DNA of 64,000 nucleotides from positions 87,420,001-87,484,000 of the forward strand of contig NC_043006.1 of NCBI RefSeq assembly GCF_006345805.1. Reading direction: 5' to 3'. A program made the position numbers and the translations under genes. The notes under the pieces were generated by a model. That model was given only the letters and a program-made list of their open reading frames with translations. It did no database searches and had not been told where the DNA came from. Each line of letters begins with the position of its first letter. Within the stretch, counting starts at the first letter, position 1. Source of the DNA: Octopus sinensis. Lineage: Eukaryota. Below are positions 49,352 through 62,310 of the stretch, piece by piece.

Positions 49352-49353
<2 letters not shown>
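48751..49353 (+). repeat. Direct repeat of a ~115-120-bp segment at 489-bp period, each ending in a 15-bp-stem hairpin
   Basis: ttatggccgttcc...ccctatattgat at 48751-48864 and 49232-49353; hairpin GGTGGCAAAAAAATT-CTGCGA-AATTTTTTTGCCACC at 48819-48854 and 49308-49343. Confidence 0.95.
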
Positions 49354-49426
<73 letters not shown>

Positions 49427-49679
49427 GACAGACAGACAGGCAGACAAACAGACAGATATGCTGGTAGTATGTAAAGAACACCTTTTGAGTGGCTGAGTAC
49501 ATATCGAGTGTTGAGCCTCATGGAGGCAAAGTGGCGGAATTTCTGTCAAGCATTAGGCCTCACAGAGGCAAAGTGGCTGAGTTCCTTTTGAGTGTTGGGC
49601 CTCACGGAGTCATTGACCAAGACCTTTGGCATTACATCGTGCTTGAGAAGAAGACTCATCAATCTGAGCAAAATTGCAG

Positions 49680-49925
49680 TTGTGACAGATACTGGTGTCA
49701 TGCAAATTGGTACCTGTGCCAGTGGAACTTAAAAGTACCCTGGTGTCGTGCAAATGGCACCTGTGCTCATAGCATATAAAAGCACCCATTACATTATCAG
49801 AGTGGTTGGCATTAGGAAGGGCATCCAACCATAGAAAACCATGCCAAATCATGTCATTCCAGCAAGTTAGCCTGGTCAAACCATCCAACCCATGCCAGCA
49901 TGGACAACGGATGTTAAAAGATGAT
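49680..49925 (+). mobile_element. RTE 3' end fragment
   Basis: gtggttggcattaggaagggcatccaacc...ccatgccagcatggacaacggatgttaaaagatgat. Confidence 0.75.
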
Positions 49926-51237
49926 CTGTGTGTGTGTGCGTGTGCGTGCACACATGTGTGTGTCTGTGTGTGTTTGTGCAGGCATATGACGCTGGAAATA
50001 CTTGTGAAAATTCCACAGTTATTTTGCAAAGTTTATGGAGACAGTGCGACACAGGGAGATAAATAGACTTCTTGTTTATGCGCTACATATTACTTTTGTA
50101 AAAGGTGCTTCTTACTACAAAAGATGTTTAAAAATCATTGTCAGTTGCCTGAAAAAGGATTCTGAATGCAGACTGACAAAGTAAAAGTGATGGTTTAAAC
50201 TCTAGGGTCACAAAGTTTGTATGCCTTCACAGTTTTTTTATAAATTCCTTCCAAATTATCAAAATTATGGAAGCATATTGTTCATCTGGATAATTTTTCA
50301 ACACAGATAAATATACAGTCATATCCAAATTCCTCTGTATTACACAGCTTGCCTCTATACTAATCTAGCTTTGTTTATCTCTTCCTACTTTCCAATACCA
50401 TTTTGAGGATGTAGTGACCTGAAAAGCACGTACATAAAGGGCCAAAAAGCAAGCAGTCATACATAGTAGGTTTGTATATTGAAAATATAGCAGAGGAAGG
50501 TTGGTTAAGCATTAAGAGTTAAAGGTTGTTTATTTCTTTATTGTTATTGATGAATACATACCCAATAACAATGAAATCTAAAGTGAACATTATGAGTACC
50601 CACTTGCAGAAATAAAGAAGAAAAAAAGGAATGGAAAGAATGAAGGAAAAAGGAAAAAAGCAAGATATAATATATCTTTGTCATTTCGTTGGTTTCTTGT
50701 GAATGGCTGTCTAGTCAGTATTTGCAGTTTGTCCTCTCTTCAATTAAAAAACAAACAAAAGACAAAACACACAAATGCACAGCAACTTGAAAGATAAGAA
50801 ATATTATCGTAATGGTATTAATAAAATATAAATTTAAAAATTATATTAACTACAAGACTTAAAAGATAAGAAATATTATTAAGACGGTAATTAGAATTTT
50901 AAATATTATATCAAAAATTAAATTAAAATTGATGTGAATTATGCATGTGTTGTGCAAACATTTGATGGAGGAGTATAAAATGCATGGCGAATGAGTTTCA
51001 GGAAAATATAATACAAATATTTGTACATTTTATCTCCATCAAACTTGTGATAACATACATACAATGACTTTCACTTTTACAACAGTCATGTGAGTTTCAC
51101 AGTCACAAAAAAAGTCTATCGAAAATGTTATGATGATTTTTTTTACACAAGTTAGATGTTCATACTTATTGGAAGGTGAGGATATAAATATATGAGTAGC
51201 TGCATGTATATCAGGAGTATATTAAAAATTTTCTCAA

Positions 51238-51646
51238 GGTGCAGGAGTGGCTGTGTGGTAAGTAGCTTGCTTACCAACCACATGGTTCCGGGTTCATTCC
51301 CATTGCGTGACACCTTGGGCAAGTGTCTTCTACTATAGCCTCGGGCCGACCAAAGCCTTGTGAGTGGATTTGGTAGATGGAAACTGAAAGAAGCCCGTCG
51401 TATATATGTATATATATATGTATGTGTGTGTATATGGTTGTGTGTCTGTGTTTGTCCCCCCACCATTGCTTGACAACCGACGGTGGTGTGTTTACATCCC
51501 CGTAACTTAGCGGTTCAGCAAAAGAGACTGATAGAATAAGTACTAGGCTTACAAAGAATAAGTCCTGGGGTCGATTTACTCGACTAAAAGGCAGTACTCT
51601 AGCATGGCTGCAGTAAAATGACTGAAACAAGTAAAAGAGTAAAGAG
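51238..51646 (+). mobile_element. SINE family A
   Basis: Complete head, microsatellite, right module and tail. Confidence 0.9.
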
Positions 51647-52285
51647 AATGTCAATGAGAATTAAATTGAAGGTTTTGAAGTTGATATATTTTTTGGTATG
51701 GGTATTATAGATTTGGATGAACTGTAAATATCTATTGGGTGAACTACTAATTCACTTACAAGTCCCCCCCCCAACCTACTCTTTCAAAAACCTACCCTAC
51801 CCAACCCGACCTACACATCCACCTACCTATCTACTCACTATCCATCTACGTATGTGTGTGTGTGTGTGCATGCGCATATCAATAACTAAATAACTGTACT
51901 TCCTTGTTTGTGTTTTCATGTCTGTGACCAAATTTACTCCAAAATACAAAACTAGTTTATGCACATGAACATACACACATATGCTCAAGTATGGGTGTGT
52001 GGTTAAGAAATAAGCTTTGGAATAACCTGATTTGGGGTTGAGTTCCTCTGCATGGCACCTTGGCCAAGTGTTTTTTTACTATAGCCTGAGGCCGACAAAC
52101 GCTTTGTAAGTGGATTCAGAAGACGAAACAAAAAGAAGCCTGTCTTGTGTGTGTGCATGTGAGTGTATGCACACACATATGTATGTGTGTGCCTTTGTGT
52201 GTGCACATGCCAGATGGTAGGTAGGTTTGGAGGTAGGTTGACATGGACAGACAAAGATACAAGAGAAAAAAAGCATGTGAGTGTT

Positions 52286-52324
<39 letters not shown>

Positions 52325-54348
52325 TATATATATAAATATATATATATACACACACACACAGGCACACACATATACAAAAATGCATTTATAAAAGAATTCC
52401 AACATCAATATTTATGGATGTTAAGATGAATGAATTTATCAAGCAGTAAAGATTTAGGAAGAAAAAGATCAGAATAAATCACCCCTGGTGTTATAACCAA
52501 CCATGAAAGTAGTAAATCAGTTCAAAACTACACACCTAAAAATTAACAGATTTTGAAACAAACAAAAGTCTTAGCGTAAAACTTACACAGAACCAAATAA
52601 TGGTAAAACATAAAATAAACACCGACTTCTTAAAATCTTTGATACTCTTCAAAACTTCTTTTTTGTTTTCAACAGTTAGATTTCTCTCTCTTTTTTTTCT
52701 CTCTCTCACTTCTTTTTCTGACTGTTGCTCTTTCTATAATGGTACTCACTCCTTTTTCTTTGTCTATCCTACCATTAAATTTATTCCAGCATAGAAAAAC
52801 AAAGAAGATGATGATGATGATGATGGTGATGATGATCTCTCAATCTCACCATCAATTCATTCTACCTCCCAAACTAATATAATGGAATTCTAAAGCCATT
52901 ACAAAAAAAAAAAAAGCAGAACAAAGGAAAATGTAATATATTTGTTTCTTTTTCTAGTTACTGCCTTAATATATTTTATCATCATCGCAATAATATCATA
53001 CTACTACTACTAATAATAATAATCCTTTCTTTTATAGGAACAAGACCAGAAATTTTGAGGGAAGTGGTAAGTCGATTACATCAACCCCAGTGCTCAACTG
53101 GTACTTATTTTATCAACCCTGAACGTATGAATGGAAAAGATACAAGAGAAAAAGAGCTCAGCAGAATTTGAGCTCAGGAACTAATGACGGACGAAATGCT
53201 GCTAAGCATTTTGTCCAGCATACTAACATTTCTGCCAGCTCATCTCCTTGATAATGATGATAAAAATTATAATTGTTGTTATTTTAATTGTTATGTAATC
53301 CTGGTTCTTATGATAATACTTTGCATTACATTAATGTTATTACGGAGATGTACTTGCATAGCAAGTGACCTGATTTGAGATTGTATGCTGGAACAAAAAC
53401 AATTGCAGCGTGGAAGGTGTTCATAAGCCATTTAAGAAACACATGAAAACCGTTAGATTCACTTCAACATTTAAATTTAATTTGTCAAAATATTTTCATT
53501 GCTTTGAGACCGTGACCTGTTTACTGACAAAATTCCGTGCCACATCAATGTTATTGTTTTTGTTTTTAACTGCTTAGATAAGTAGAGAGAGGCAACATTC
53601 ATGGCCTTTTATTTTATCAAATCTTCTAAGATGGTTGATGGGGAGTTATCTTCAAACCAGAAACCTAGCCTAAATACTTACACGGTGTCATCATCATCAT
53701 CATTTAACAGAAACCAACAAGGTGGAGGAGTGTGCCAAGCCCCAATGTCTGCCTTGGCATAGATTCTACAACTGGATACATTTCCAAATGCCAGTCACTT
53801 TACAGAGTGTAATGTGTGCTTTTTGATGGCACCAGCACTAATGAGGTAACCAAGTAGCTTGCAAGACCCTACAAATGAAGGAGGTGAAAGTACAAGAGAA
53901 GCAGATGTTTTGCTGAAGAGGTGATACAGGCAAGCACACATATACACACACATATGCAAATAAAAACTAAAACACATGACCATATACATACACATACTTC
54001 ACCTCGCACATGGAGACACACATCTACACATATGGAGATAGACAGCTATACATACAGACACAGTACATAGTCACAAAAACCCATACACACACAGGTACAC
54101 ACACATGCAAACACACACACAAACACATAAATATGCAGAATACATACATATATACATACGCACACACACATACATGCATACACACACATACTTGCATACA
54201 TAAACACATACATACATACATGTGTATATACACACACACTAACCCACACACATGTGCACAAGCAATCAAAAAGAACACAACTTGAATAACAAACAGAGTC
54301 AATGACTATTGAAAAGGTTGCAAGACAACGAAAATTTTAGGAAAAACA

Positions 54349-54680
54349 AATAAGTAAATGAGTGGAAACTTTACCGGTGAGTGTGTTAAATAATGAGGCC
54401 CTAAAAGATAATGACTCTCCCTGCACACAACAAAATATGCTTCAACACACGAACTCCCATAAAGAATCTTGCAAACCAAATCCCAAATGAAAAGAATAGT
54501 GTTATCTGCCTTTCAATAAGTAAATGAGTGGAAACTTTACCGGTGAGTGTGTTAAATAATGAGGCCCTAAAAGGTAATGACTCTCCCTGCACACAACAAA
54601 ATATGCTTCAACACACGACCTCACATAAAGAATCTTGCAAACCAAATCCCAAACGAAAAGAATAGTGTTGTCTGTCTTTC
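54349..54680. repeat. Tandem duplication, 2 x 166 bp
   Basis: taagtaaatgagtggaaactttaccgg at 54351 and 54517; about 7 substitutions. Confidence 0.95.
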
Positions 54681-55458
54681 TTTAACACATATATTACTGA
54701 GATGGGTTTTAGAGGGTGCGCCAGGTCCCTTTTTAGTAGCACCAACACTAGTGAGGTCACCAGATAACTCACAAGACAAGACAAGACCTTTCAATCTAGT
54801 AGGGGTGTAGTATTGAGAAGGTGAAAGTCTGATAGAAGAACAGGAACAGATATTTTGCTGACGGGACAATACATAGCATCCTTTGTGAGAGAGTGAGGGA
54901 GAAATGATGAGGGCATACTTTGAGGGTATGCCTTGCAGTATTTCTTTCTTCTCTGCAATTTGAGTTCAAATGAAATCTTTCTAGGGTCAACTTTGCCTTT
55001 CATCCTCCAGAATCATTAAAATACCAGCCGAGAACTGGCCCTTGATGCTATTAACTAAACATCTCTCCACAAAATTGTTGGCCCTGTGGCCATATCAAAA
55101 ACTGGATACAATTAAGATTGCAATGATGGTGAATGGTAGATTCCATGGAACATGAGAGAAAGTACCTTGCAATAATTAATTACATACCATTATTTTCCAA
55201 GTTCAATCCTTCCTGAAGTAATTTTTGCATTTTTAAAGATTTCACAAAATAATATTACTATCACTCAGGAGCTGGAGACAAGTGAGGTTCTGAGTTCAGA
55301 TCATATTACAGCCGAGTTTTTCTACCATCATCCTGAGATCAATGAAATTAATTCCACTCATACCCTGAATATTTTTCTATTGACTCTATTCACTTCTATT
55401 GGGATTTCTGCCCTTGTGCCAGTATTAGCGATCATTGTTGCTTTAGTCATATCATCAA

Positions 55459-55494
<36 letters not shown>

Positions 55495-55905
55495 GGAGTG
55501 AGAGAGCAGTGCATGCTATCAAAGTGACACTGGGGTAAAATATACAAAGCCCAGTATACCCATCATGACTACCCATCAGATAAGGGTACACTAGGCACAT
55601 GCATCACAACCATATGCGCGCGACATGGTGATCTCATATCAAGATAAACAGCACATGACCTTGCAGGTGGGGCCCAGTTAGAATTTTCTTCTGGTCGAGT
55701 AGCCCATCCCACTCAAAAGATCCCTGAATAAGGGTTGTTTAAGGATGTTGAACGAAATATCCATGTTACCAGAGGTGAATTATTCAAACCCCAAAGAATC
55801 CCTCTCAACACATGGCTATGATGCTCCCCCACTACTTCTGCTCGTGATCAGAAATGCACATATCATCAGCCACTAAGGGACATACTCAACTGGTTAAGGT
55901 CAAGC
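55495..55905 (-). mobile_element. Second, truncated copy of element X
   Basis: Aligns to 3777-4180 and abuts (ATT)n at 55452-55494. Confidence 0.85.
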
Positions 55906-56544
55906 AAAAAAAAATTATTAAAAATATTATCATTATTATTATTATTATTAAGGTGTCAAAATGCTTAGCAGCATTTCATCCATCTTTATGCTCTGAGTTC
56001 AAATTCCGCTGAAGTCAACTTTGCATTTTATCCTGTCACAGTTGATAAAATATGTACTTGTTGAGCATTGAGGCCAATATAATTGACTTAACCACTCCCT
56101 CAAAATTGCTGGCCTTGAGCCAAAATTTGAAATCATCATCATCATCATTATTATTTTGAGCAATAAGCAGAATGTCTTGCAGTATTTGTTCCAGATCTTT
56201 ACATTCTGAGCTCAAAACCTACCAATGTCATCTTTGGGTTTTTTCTACTGAGGTTGGTAAGAAGAAAAAAAATTAGAAATAAAATACTGTATTTTATTAA
56301 ATCAACTAACCCTTCCCAGAAAATTTCACACTTTGTGCCTAGATTAGAAACATTTTTTTTATTGAAGTCATAAGAATGTATGAACTTTCATGAGAATGTT
56401 GAATAAATCTTTTTTTGAAATTGGATTTCAAAGTAAATATAAAGCTATAAATGATAGAATGTAAATATTAGGGTAAAAAAACTCTTTACATACTTGTGGT
56501 TCTATATGTATTCGGAAATCAAATTTCGAAAAAGTATTATCCTT

Positions 56545-58150
56545 ATTCTTATTATTTTTATTATTCTTCAGTAGTTATAATTTTATAACGTGCTCTCACT
56601 TCACTACTGAGTGCAGCTGTGCGCACCTTGGGTATGTGCTGTGGTTTGCTGTGATGCTCTGATGGTTACTGTATTGAAAGTGTTTTTCATAGGATGTGGG
56701 CAGTGCCCAGTAGTGTAATTTTCTGTGTTATATATATTTGTAAGTCCTAGTGTTTTTGTTATGTATTTGTCTGAATACTTTTTTTATCATATCTAATGCA
56801 TCAACTATGATAGGAATTGTTTGTGTTTTTAGATTCCACTTTCGAGTTACCTCTATTTCCAGGTCTTCATATTTTGAAAGTTTCTTCATTTCTTTTAGAG
56901 AAACATTGTCATCTGCTGGTACTGATACATCAATTAGAAAGCATTTTTTTCCTTCATGATCTCTGACAACTATATCAAGCCTATTGGCCTTAATTTCTCT
57001 ATCTGTGTATATTGGCATATCCCAGAGTATGGTTGCTTTCTCATTTTCTATGACCTTTTCTGGCATATGCATATATCATCTTTTTTCTGTTGTTATTCCA
57101 TAGTGTTGGCATAGCATCCAGTGAATGTAGGTCTCAACTCTGTCATATCTGTGAATATATTCCTTCTTAGCCAGGACTGGGCAGCCAGAGATAATTTGAT
57201 TTATTGTTTCTTGTCCACCTCCACTTATTCTGCAGTTACTTGTTATGTTTCTTTTCAATATATGTTTTTGGTAATTTCTGGTGGGGAGGCCTTGGTCTTG
57301 GGCTGCAATCAAAAATCATTCAGTCTCTGCTTTGAGTCCTGAGCTTCTCAACCATTGCTGGGATTTTTCTCTATTTCTCTATTTCTTTTGCATTTAGTTT
57401 AGCCCAGTACTTTCTATGAAGGGGCTTTTTTTGCCATCGTTTTATCAAGGTCTATTGCTGTTCTAGATTTAGTTTGGATTTCATGTGTTTTATAGCTTTT
57501 GTTGTTTCTTCTTCTTCATATTTGTTAGATAGTATGACTTCTTGTTCGTATTTGTCAACTTCCTTAAATATTGAAAACAGTTTTTTGTTTTGCTCGTGTT
57601 TTGCCGCTATTTGTATAAGTTTTCCTTGCTTCTAAAGAAGGTATTTTTGCAGTCATATGGTGGTTATTTTATAATAGTTTTCCAGCTTCTATACATTGTA
57701 AATATAGCCTTTCTATGTCAGATTTTGGGTGGTGCATCCTAGATCTTGTCATTATTTTTCTTGTTTTCCTGTCTACTTTGGTTAGTTCATTTAGTGTCAA
57801 GTTAAGGATATTGTAGCTGTAACTTATAGCTGGGACAGCTAGAGTGTTGATACCTATTATCTTGTTTTTAGCATTGAGCTCTACTTTCAGTATTGGTCTA
57901 ACTTGTCTATAGCATTCTTTCTTTATTTTATCTTTCATTTGTGTGTGTTATATCGTATCTAGTTCAGTGATTCCTAAATATTTGTAAGTTTGGCTTTGGT
58001 CTAATTCTCTTATTTCATTGGCTTTATCTAATGTGATGTTGCTACTCTTAACTAGTTTTCCTCTTTTCAAAGTGGCTTTGGCACATTTCTCTAAGCCAAA
58101 TTTCATATTTGCTTCTTTGGTGAATCCATGTACTGTCTGTAGTAGTGTTT
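56545..58150 (-). mobile_element. R4/Dong-like RLE LINE, 5'-truncated just after the RT active site, decayed
   Basis: MKFGLEKCA...YKYLG, ELNAKNKIIGINTLAVP...RLY, AAQDQGLPTRNY with degenerate CCHC, and an RLE (NRLDIVVRD...LIDVSVP...KEMKKLSKYEDL). Confidence 0.9.
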
Positions 58151-58156
58151 CCAGCT

Positions 58157-58660
58157 TATTATTATTATTATTATTATAGATGTTACACAGTATACAATAT
58201 TGTGAGGTTGTTGATTGAAGATGTGTCTACCAGGGGTTTGTACTGTTTGTCAAGACACAAAGACCTCAGACATACAATACTTTACGCAATACGCATGAAG
58301 TTTCAAGTAATGCCAACTTTTGCAATACATCTAGATCATAGGATATTTCTAAGGTTTTTAGATGATTTTTCAGATTGAGTGATATTGAACCCAATGTTCC
58401 AATGACAATAAGAGATAACCGTTATCTTTGACTCTTGTGGCTGCCACATCTTAGTTATCTCAATTCTCAGGTATCCGTATTCATTAACTTTTTCTCTTTT
58501 CTTTCATGATGATTTGTTGATCTCCTGGCACTGCTTCTTCGATTAGGCACTCTTGTTTGTCTCACCTAAAGGTTACTATATCCGGCCTTTGGTGCTCTAA
58601 TACTTTGTCTGTTTGGAAATCAAAGTCCCTGAGTATTTTTGCCTTATCTTTTTTTGTCCA
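58157..58660 (-). mobile_element. Second R4/Dong-like subfamily, RLE 3' fragment with (TAA)n tail
   Basis: KAKILRDFDFQTDKVLEHQRPDIV...LRIEITKMW...IVIGTLG...LQKLALLETSCVLRKVLYV*; tail at 58157-58178. Confidence 0.8.
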
Positions 58661-58691
58661 TTATCATTATTATTATTATTATTATTATTAT

Positions 58692-58915
58692 TAAGGCAGA
58701 GAGTTGGCAGAATCATTAGCACTTCAGGAAAATGATCAGCAGTATTTTGTCCGTCTTTATGTTCTGAGTTCAAATTCTGCTGAAGTCGACTTTGCTTTTC
58801 ATGCTTTCAGGGTCAATGAAATAAGTACCAGTGGAGCACTGGGATCGATATAATTGACTTAACCTCTCCCTTTAACTTGCTGGCCTTGTGCCAAAACTTG
58901 AAACCCATTATTATT
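58692..58915 (+). mobile_element. SINE family B, older (ATT)n-tailed subfamily
   Basis: aaggcagagagttggcagaatcattagc...gagttcaaattc...gtcgactttgcttttcatgctttcaggg. Confidence 0.8.
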
Positions 58916-59149
58916 GTGAATTACAGTTTTCCTTGATTAATCAAGCAAAAATGGAATCTGGTGACTTCAGAAAGCAATTTACATCAGTTGTTATTTAACT
59001 CAGCCAACAACCACGTCCACAGGAATTCAGTACCTAAGTCAAGTTCTTTGGCACTAATAAATGTTTCCTAGAAAAATCTAAGCGGCTTAAAAAGAAAACA
59101 CTAAAATATGTCAGAAGCCTCAGTATATGGCTATAAAAACAAAATGAAG

Positions 59150-59233
59150 TAATTATCTATGGCTCAGTATATAAACACACACACACACATGTACATACAT
59201 ATATGTGTGTGTGTGTGTGTGTATACATATATG

Positions 59234-59301
<68 letters not shown>

Positions 59302-59304
59302 AAT

Positions 59305-59335
<31 letters not shown>

Positions 59336-60082
59336 CCCACATATATAATCACACTTAAACATATTTATACATACACAACATCCACTGCACACATACACAG
59401 ATACATACAACAATGTGACTATGCTCTGGTATATAAAGACTTGCATGTGATTATGAACATATACACTGACAAAGTTATTTTAAAGCATTTCCAGCAATAT
59501 AATTTCATATATAAACGTGATTGGATGTATATGCATGTGTGCATGCGTGGGTTCCATTATTGTCATTTCCGAAAACTATGCCTTCAGGGAGCAATAAATC
59601 TTATTCCAGATATGAGAACAACACAAAACTAAAGACTACTGCACCCCCATTTAGATAAATTGATAAAGCTTTATTTTTATCTAACAGCTCATGTTAGATA
59701 AATGATACAAACACATGAACACATACATACACACACACAAATATATAAACACATATATTTATACATATTTGTACATATATACATAATTATGTGTGTCTGT
59801 CTATCAATGTCTATACATGCATCTCCATATATGATATACACAAACATATGTATTTATAAATACTGCCCTATACATGTATGTATATATATATATATATATA
59901 TACATATATATATGTGCATACATATTTATACATGCAGATCTATTTATGTACAGATATATAGATTGATGCATACATACATACATACAAACATTGATGGATG
60001 GATAGACAAATGTGTGCATGTATATATCTATATCTATCAATCTATCTATCTATCTATGTGTGTGTGTGTATATATATATGTG

Positions 60083-60134
<52 letters not shown>

Positions 60135-60174
60135 TATGTATATATATATACATATATATGTATATACACACACG

Positions 60175-60239
<65 letters not shown>

Positions 60240-60280
60240 ATGTATATATATAAGTATATATATATATATGTGTGTGTATA
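59150..60280. repeat. Compound CA/TA/GT microsatellite region
   Basis: Long alternating purine-pyrimidine tracts at 59170-59400 and 59700-60280. Confidence 0.9.
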
Positions 60281-60966
60281 TCATCATCATCATCATCATC
60301 ATCATTTAGCGTCCGTTTTCCATGCTAGCATGGGTTGGACGGTTCAACTGGGGTCTGGGGAGCCCGAAGGCTGCACCAGGCCAGTCAGATCTGGCAGTGT
60401 TTCTACAGCTGGATGCCCTTCCTAACGCCAACCACTCCGAGAGTGTAGTGGGTGATTTTATGTGCCACCGACACAGGTGCCAGACGAGGCTGGCGAACGG
60501 CCACGCTCGGATGGTGTTTTTATGTGCCACCGACACAGGTGCCAGACGAGGCTGGCAGACGGCCACGCTCGGATGGTGTTTTTATGTGCCACCGACACAG
60601 GTGCCAGATGAGGCTGGCAGGTGCCAGACGAGGCTGGCAGACGGCCACGCTCGGATGGTGTTTTTATGTGCCACCGACACAGGTGCCAGATGAGGCTGGC
60701 GGACGGCCACGATCGGATGGTGTTTGTTACGTCCCCAAAGCACGGAGGCCAGTCTATGCGGTACTGGCTACGGCCACGTTCGGATGATTTTCTTGTGTGC
60801 CACCGGCACTGGTACCACAAAGATACAAATTCCATTTATGTTCATCTATTTTGATTTGTTTTGATTTGATTTGATTTTCACTTGCCTCAACAGGTCTTCA
60901 CAAGTGTCACTTGCCTCAACAGGTCTTCACAAGTGTCACAAGAAGGAAGGTATGCACAGGTGGACT
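60281..60966 (-). mobile_element. RTE 3' UTR fragment with expanded 62-bp array
   Basis: Collinear with 45731-46235, including the junction ttgattttcacttgcctcaacaggtcttcacaag. Confidence 0.9.
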
Positions 60967-61379
60967 GTCTACGTCGCCGGGTCTTCGGATGGTGTCATAT
61001 GTATATATATATATGTGTGTGTGTGTGTATATATATGCAGGGTATATCTTTTCAGTTAGACATGTTATGGAGTTCCAGTTAAAACTTGGTTCATTGGAGT
61101 TTTCTTTTGTAATCCTCTATAAGACCCTTGCAGTAGTTTGGAGTAATATAGTAATAAAGTTCTAAAATTCATTGTTATCTACCTTCTCAAGCTATCTCCC
61201 TATCATCATCAGGATATGAAACGGTGTTGGCTTCTATACTACCTCTTTTATAGTGGCCAAGATCTTTATTGTTCCAGAAACATGTACTTTTGCTGTTACA
61301 GTAGTATGTGCTTATTCTATTTGTAATATGCATAGGTTGTCTAAGAGCTAATTCTGAGGTTTGTGTTAATGGCGAGCAT

Positions 61380-61549
61380 ATTGCATATATATATATAGAT
61401 ATATATATATCGATATATACATATATATATATAGATGTATATATGTATGTATGTATGTATTATATATATATGTATACATATATATGATGATGATGATGAT
61501 ATATATATAGATATATAGATATCGATATATACATATATATATATAGATG

Positions 61550-61583
<34 letters not shown>

Positions 61584-61645
61584 TTATATATATATACATA
61601 TATATTTATAGATGTATATATGTATGTATGTATATATATATATAT

Positions 61646-61682
<37 letters not shown>

Positions 61683-62041
61683 AGAGAGAGATGTATATGT
61701 GTATGTACGTACGTATATATATATATATATAAATATACACACACACATATATACATATATGTACACACACATATATACACACACACACACACATATATAG
61801 ATATATATGTACACACACATATGTATATACATATATATATACATATACATATATATATATATATATATATACATATATATGTACACACTTATATACATAT
61901 ATATATGTATACATATATATATACAGATATATATATACACATATATGTATGTACACACATATATATATAAACACACATACATATACATACATATATATAT
62001 ACATGCATATATATATATACATATGTATATATATATGTACA

Positions 62042-62095
<54 letters not shown>

Positions 62096-62242
62096 CACAT
62101 ATATACATATATATTCATATATATATATATATATATACACACACATATATATACATGTATATATACATACATGCATATATATATACATATATATATATAT
62201 ATGCATATATATATATACATACACATACACACACACATTTAC

Positions 62243-62294
<52 letters not shown>

Positions 62295-62310
62295 CATAAA
62301 ATATATGATA
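61380..62310. repeat. About 930-bp compound TA/CA/GA microsatellite
   Basis: Near-continuous low-complexity tract; source of the poly-YI ORFs. Confidence 0.95.

Noticed and set aside
60455-60810. CRISPR-like look of the regularly spaced palindromic repeats
   Set aside because: Whole 62-bp units repeat with no unique spacers, they lie within an RTE 3' UTR, and there are no cas genes in this eukaryotic context.
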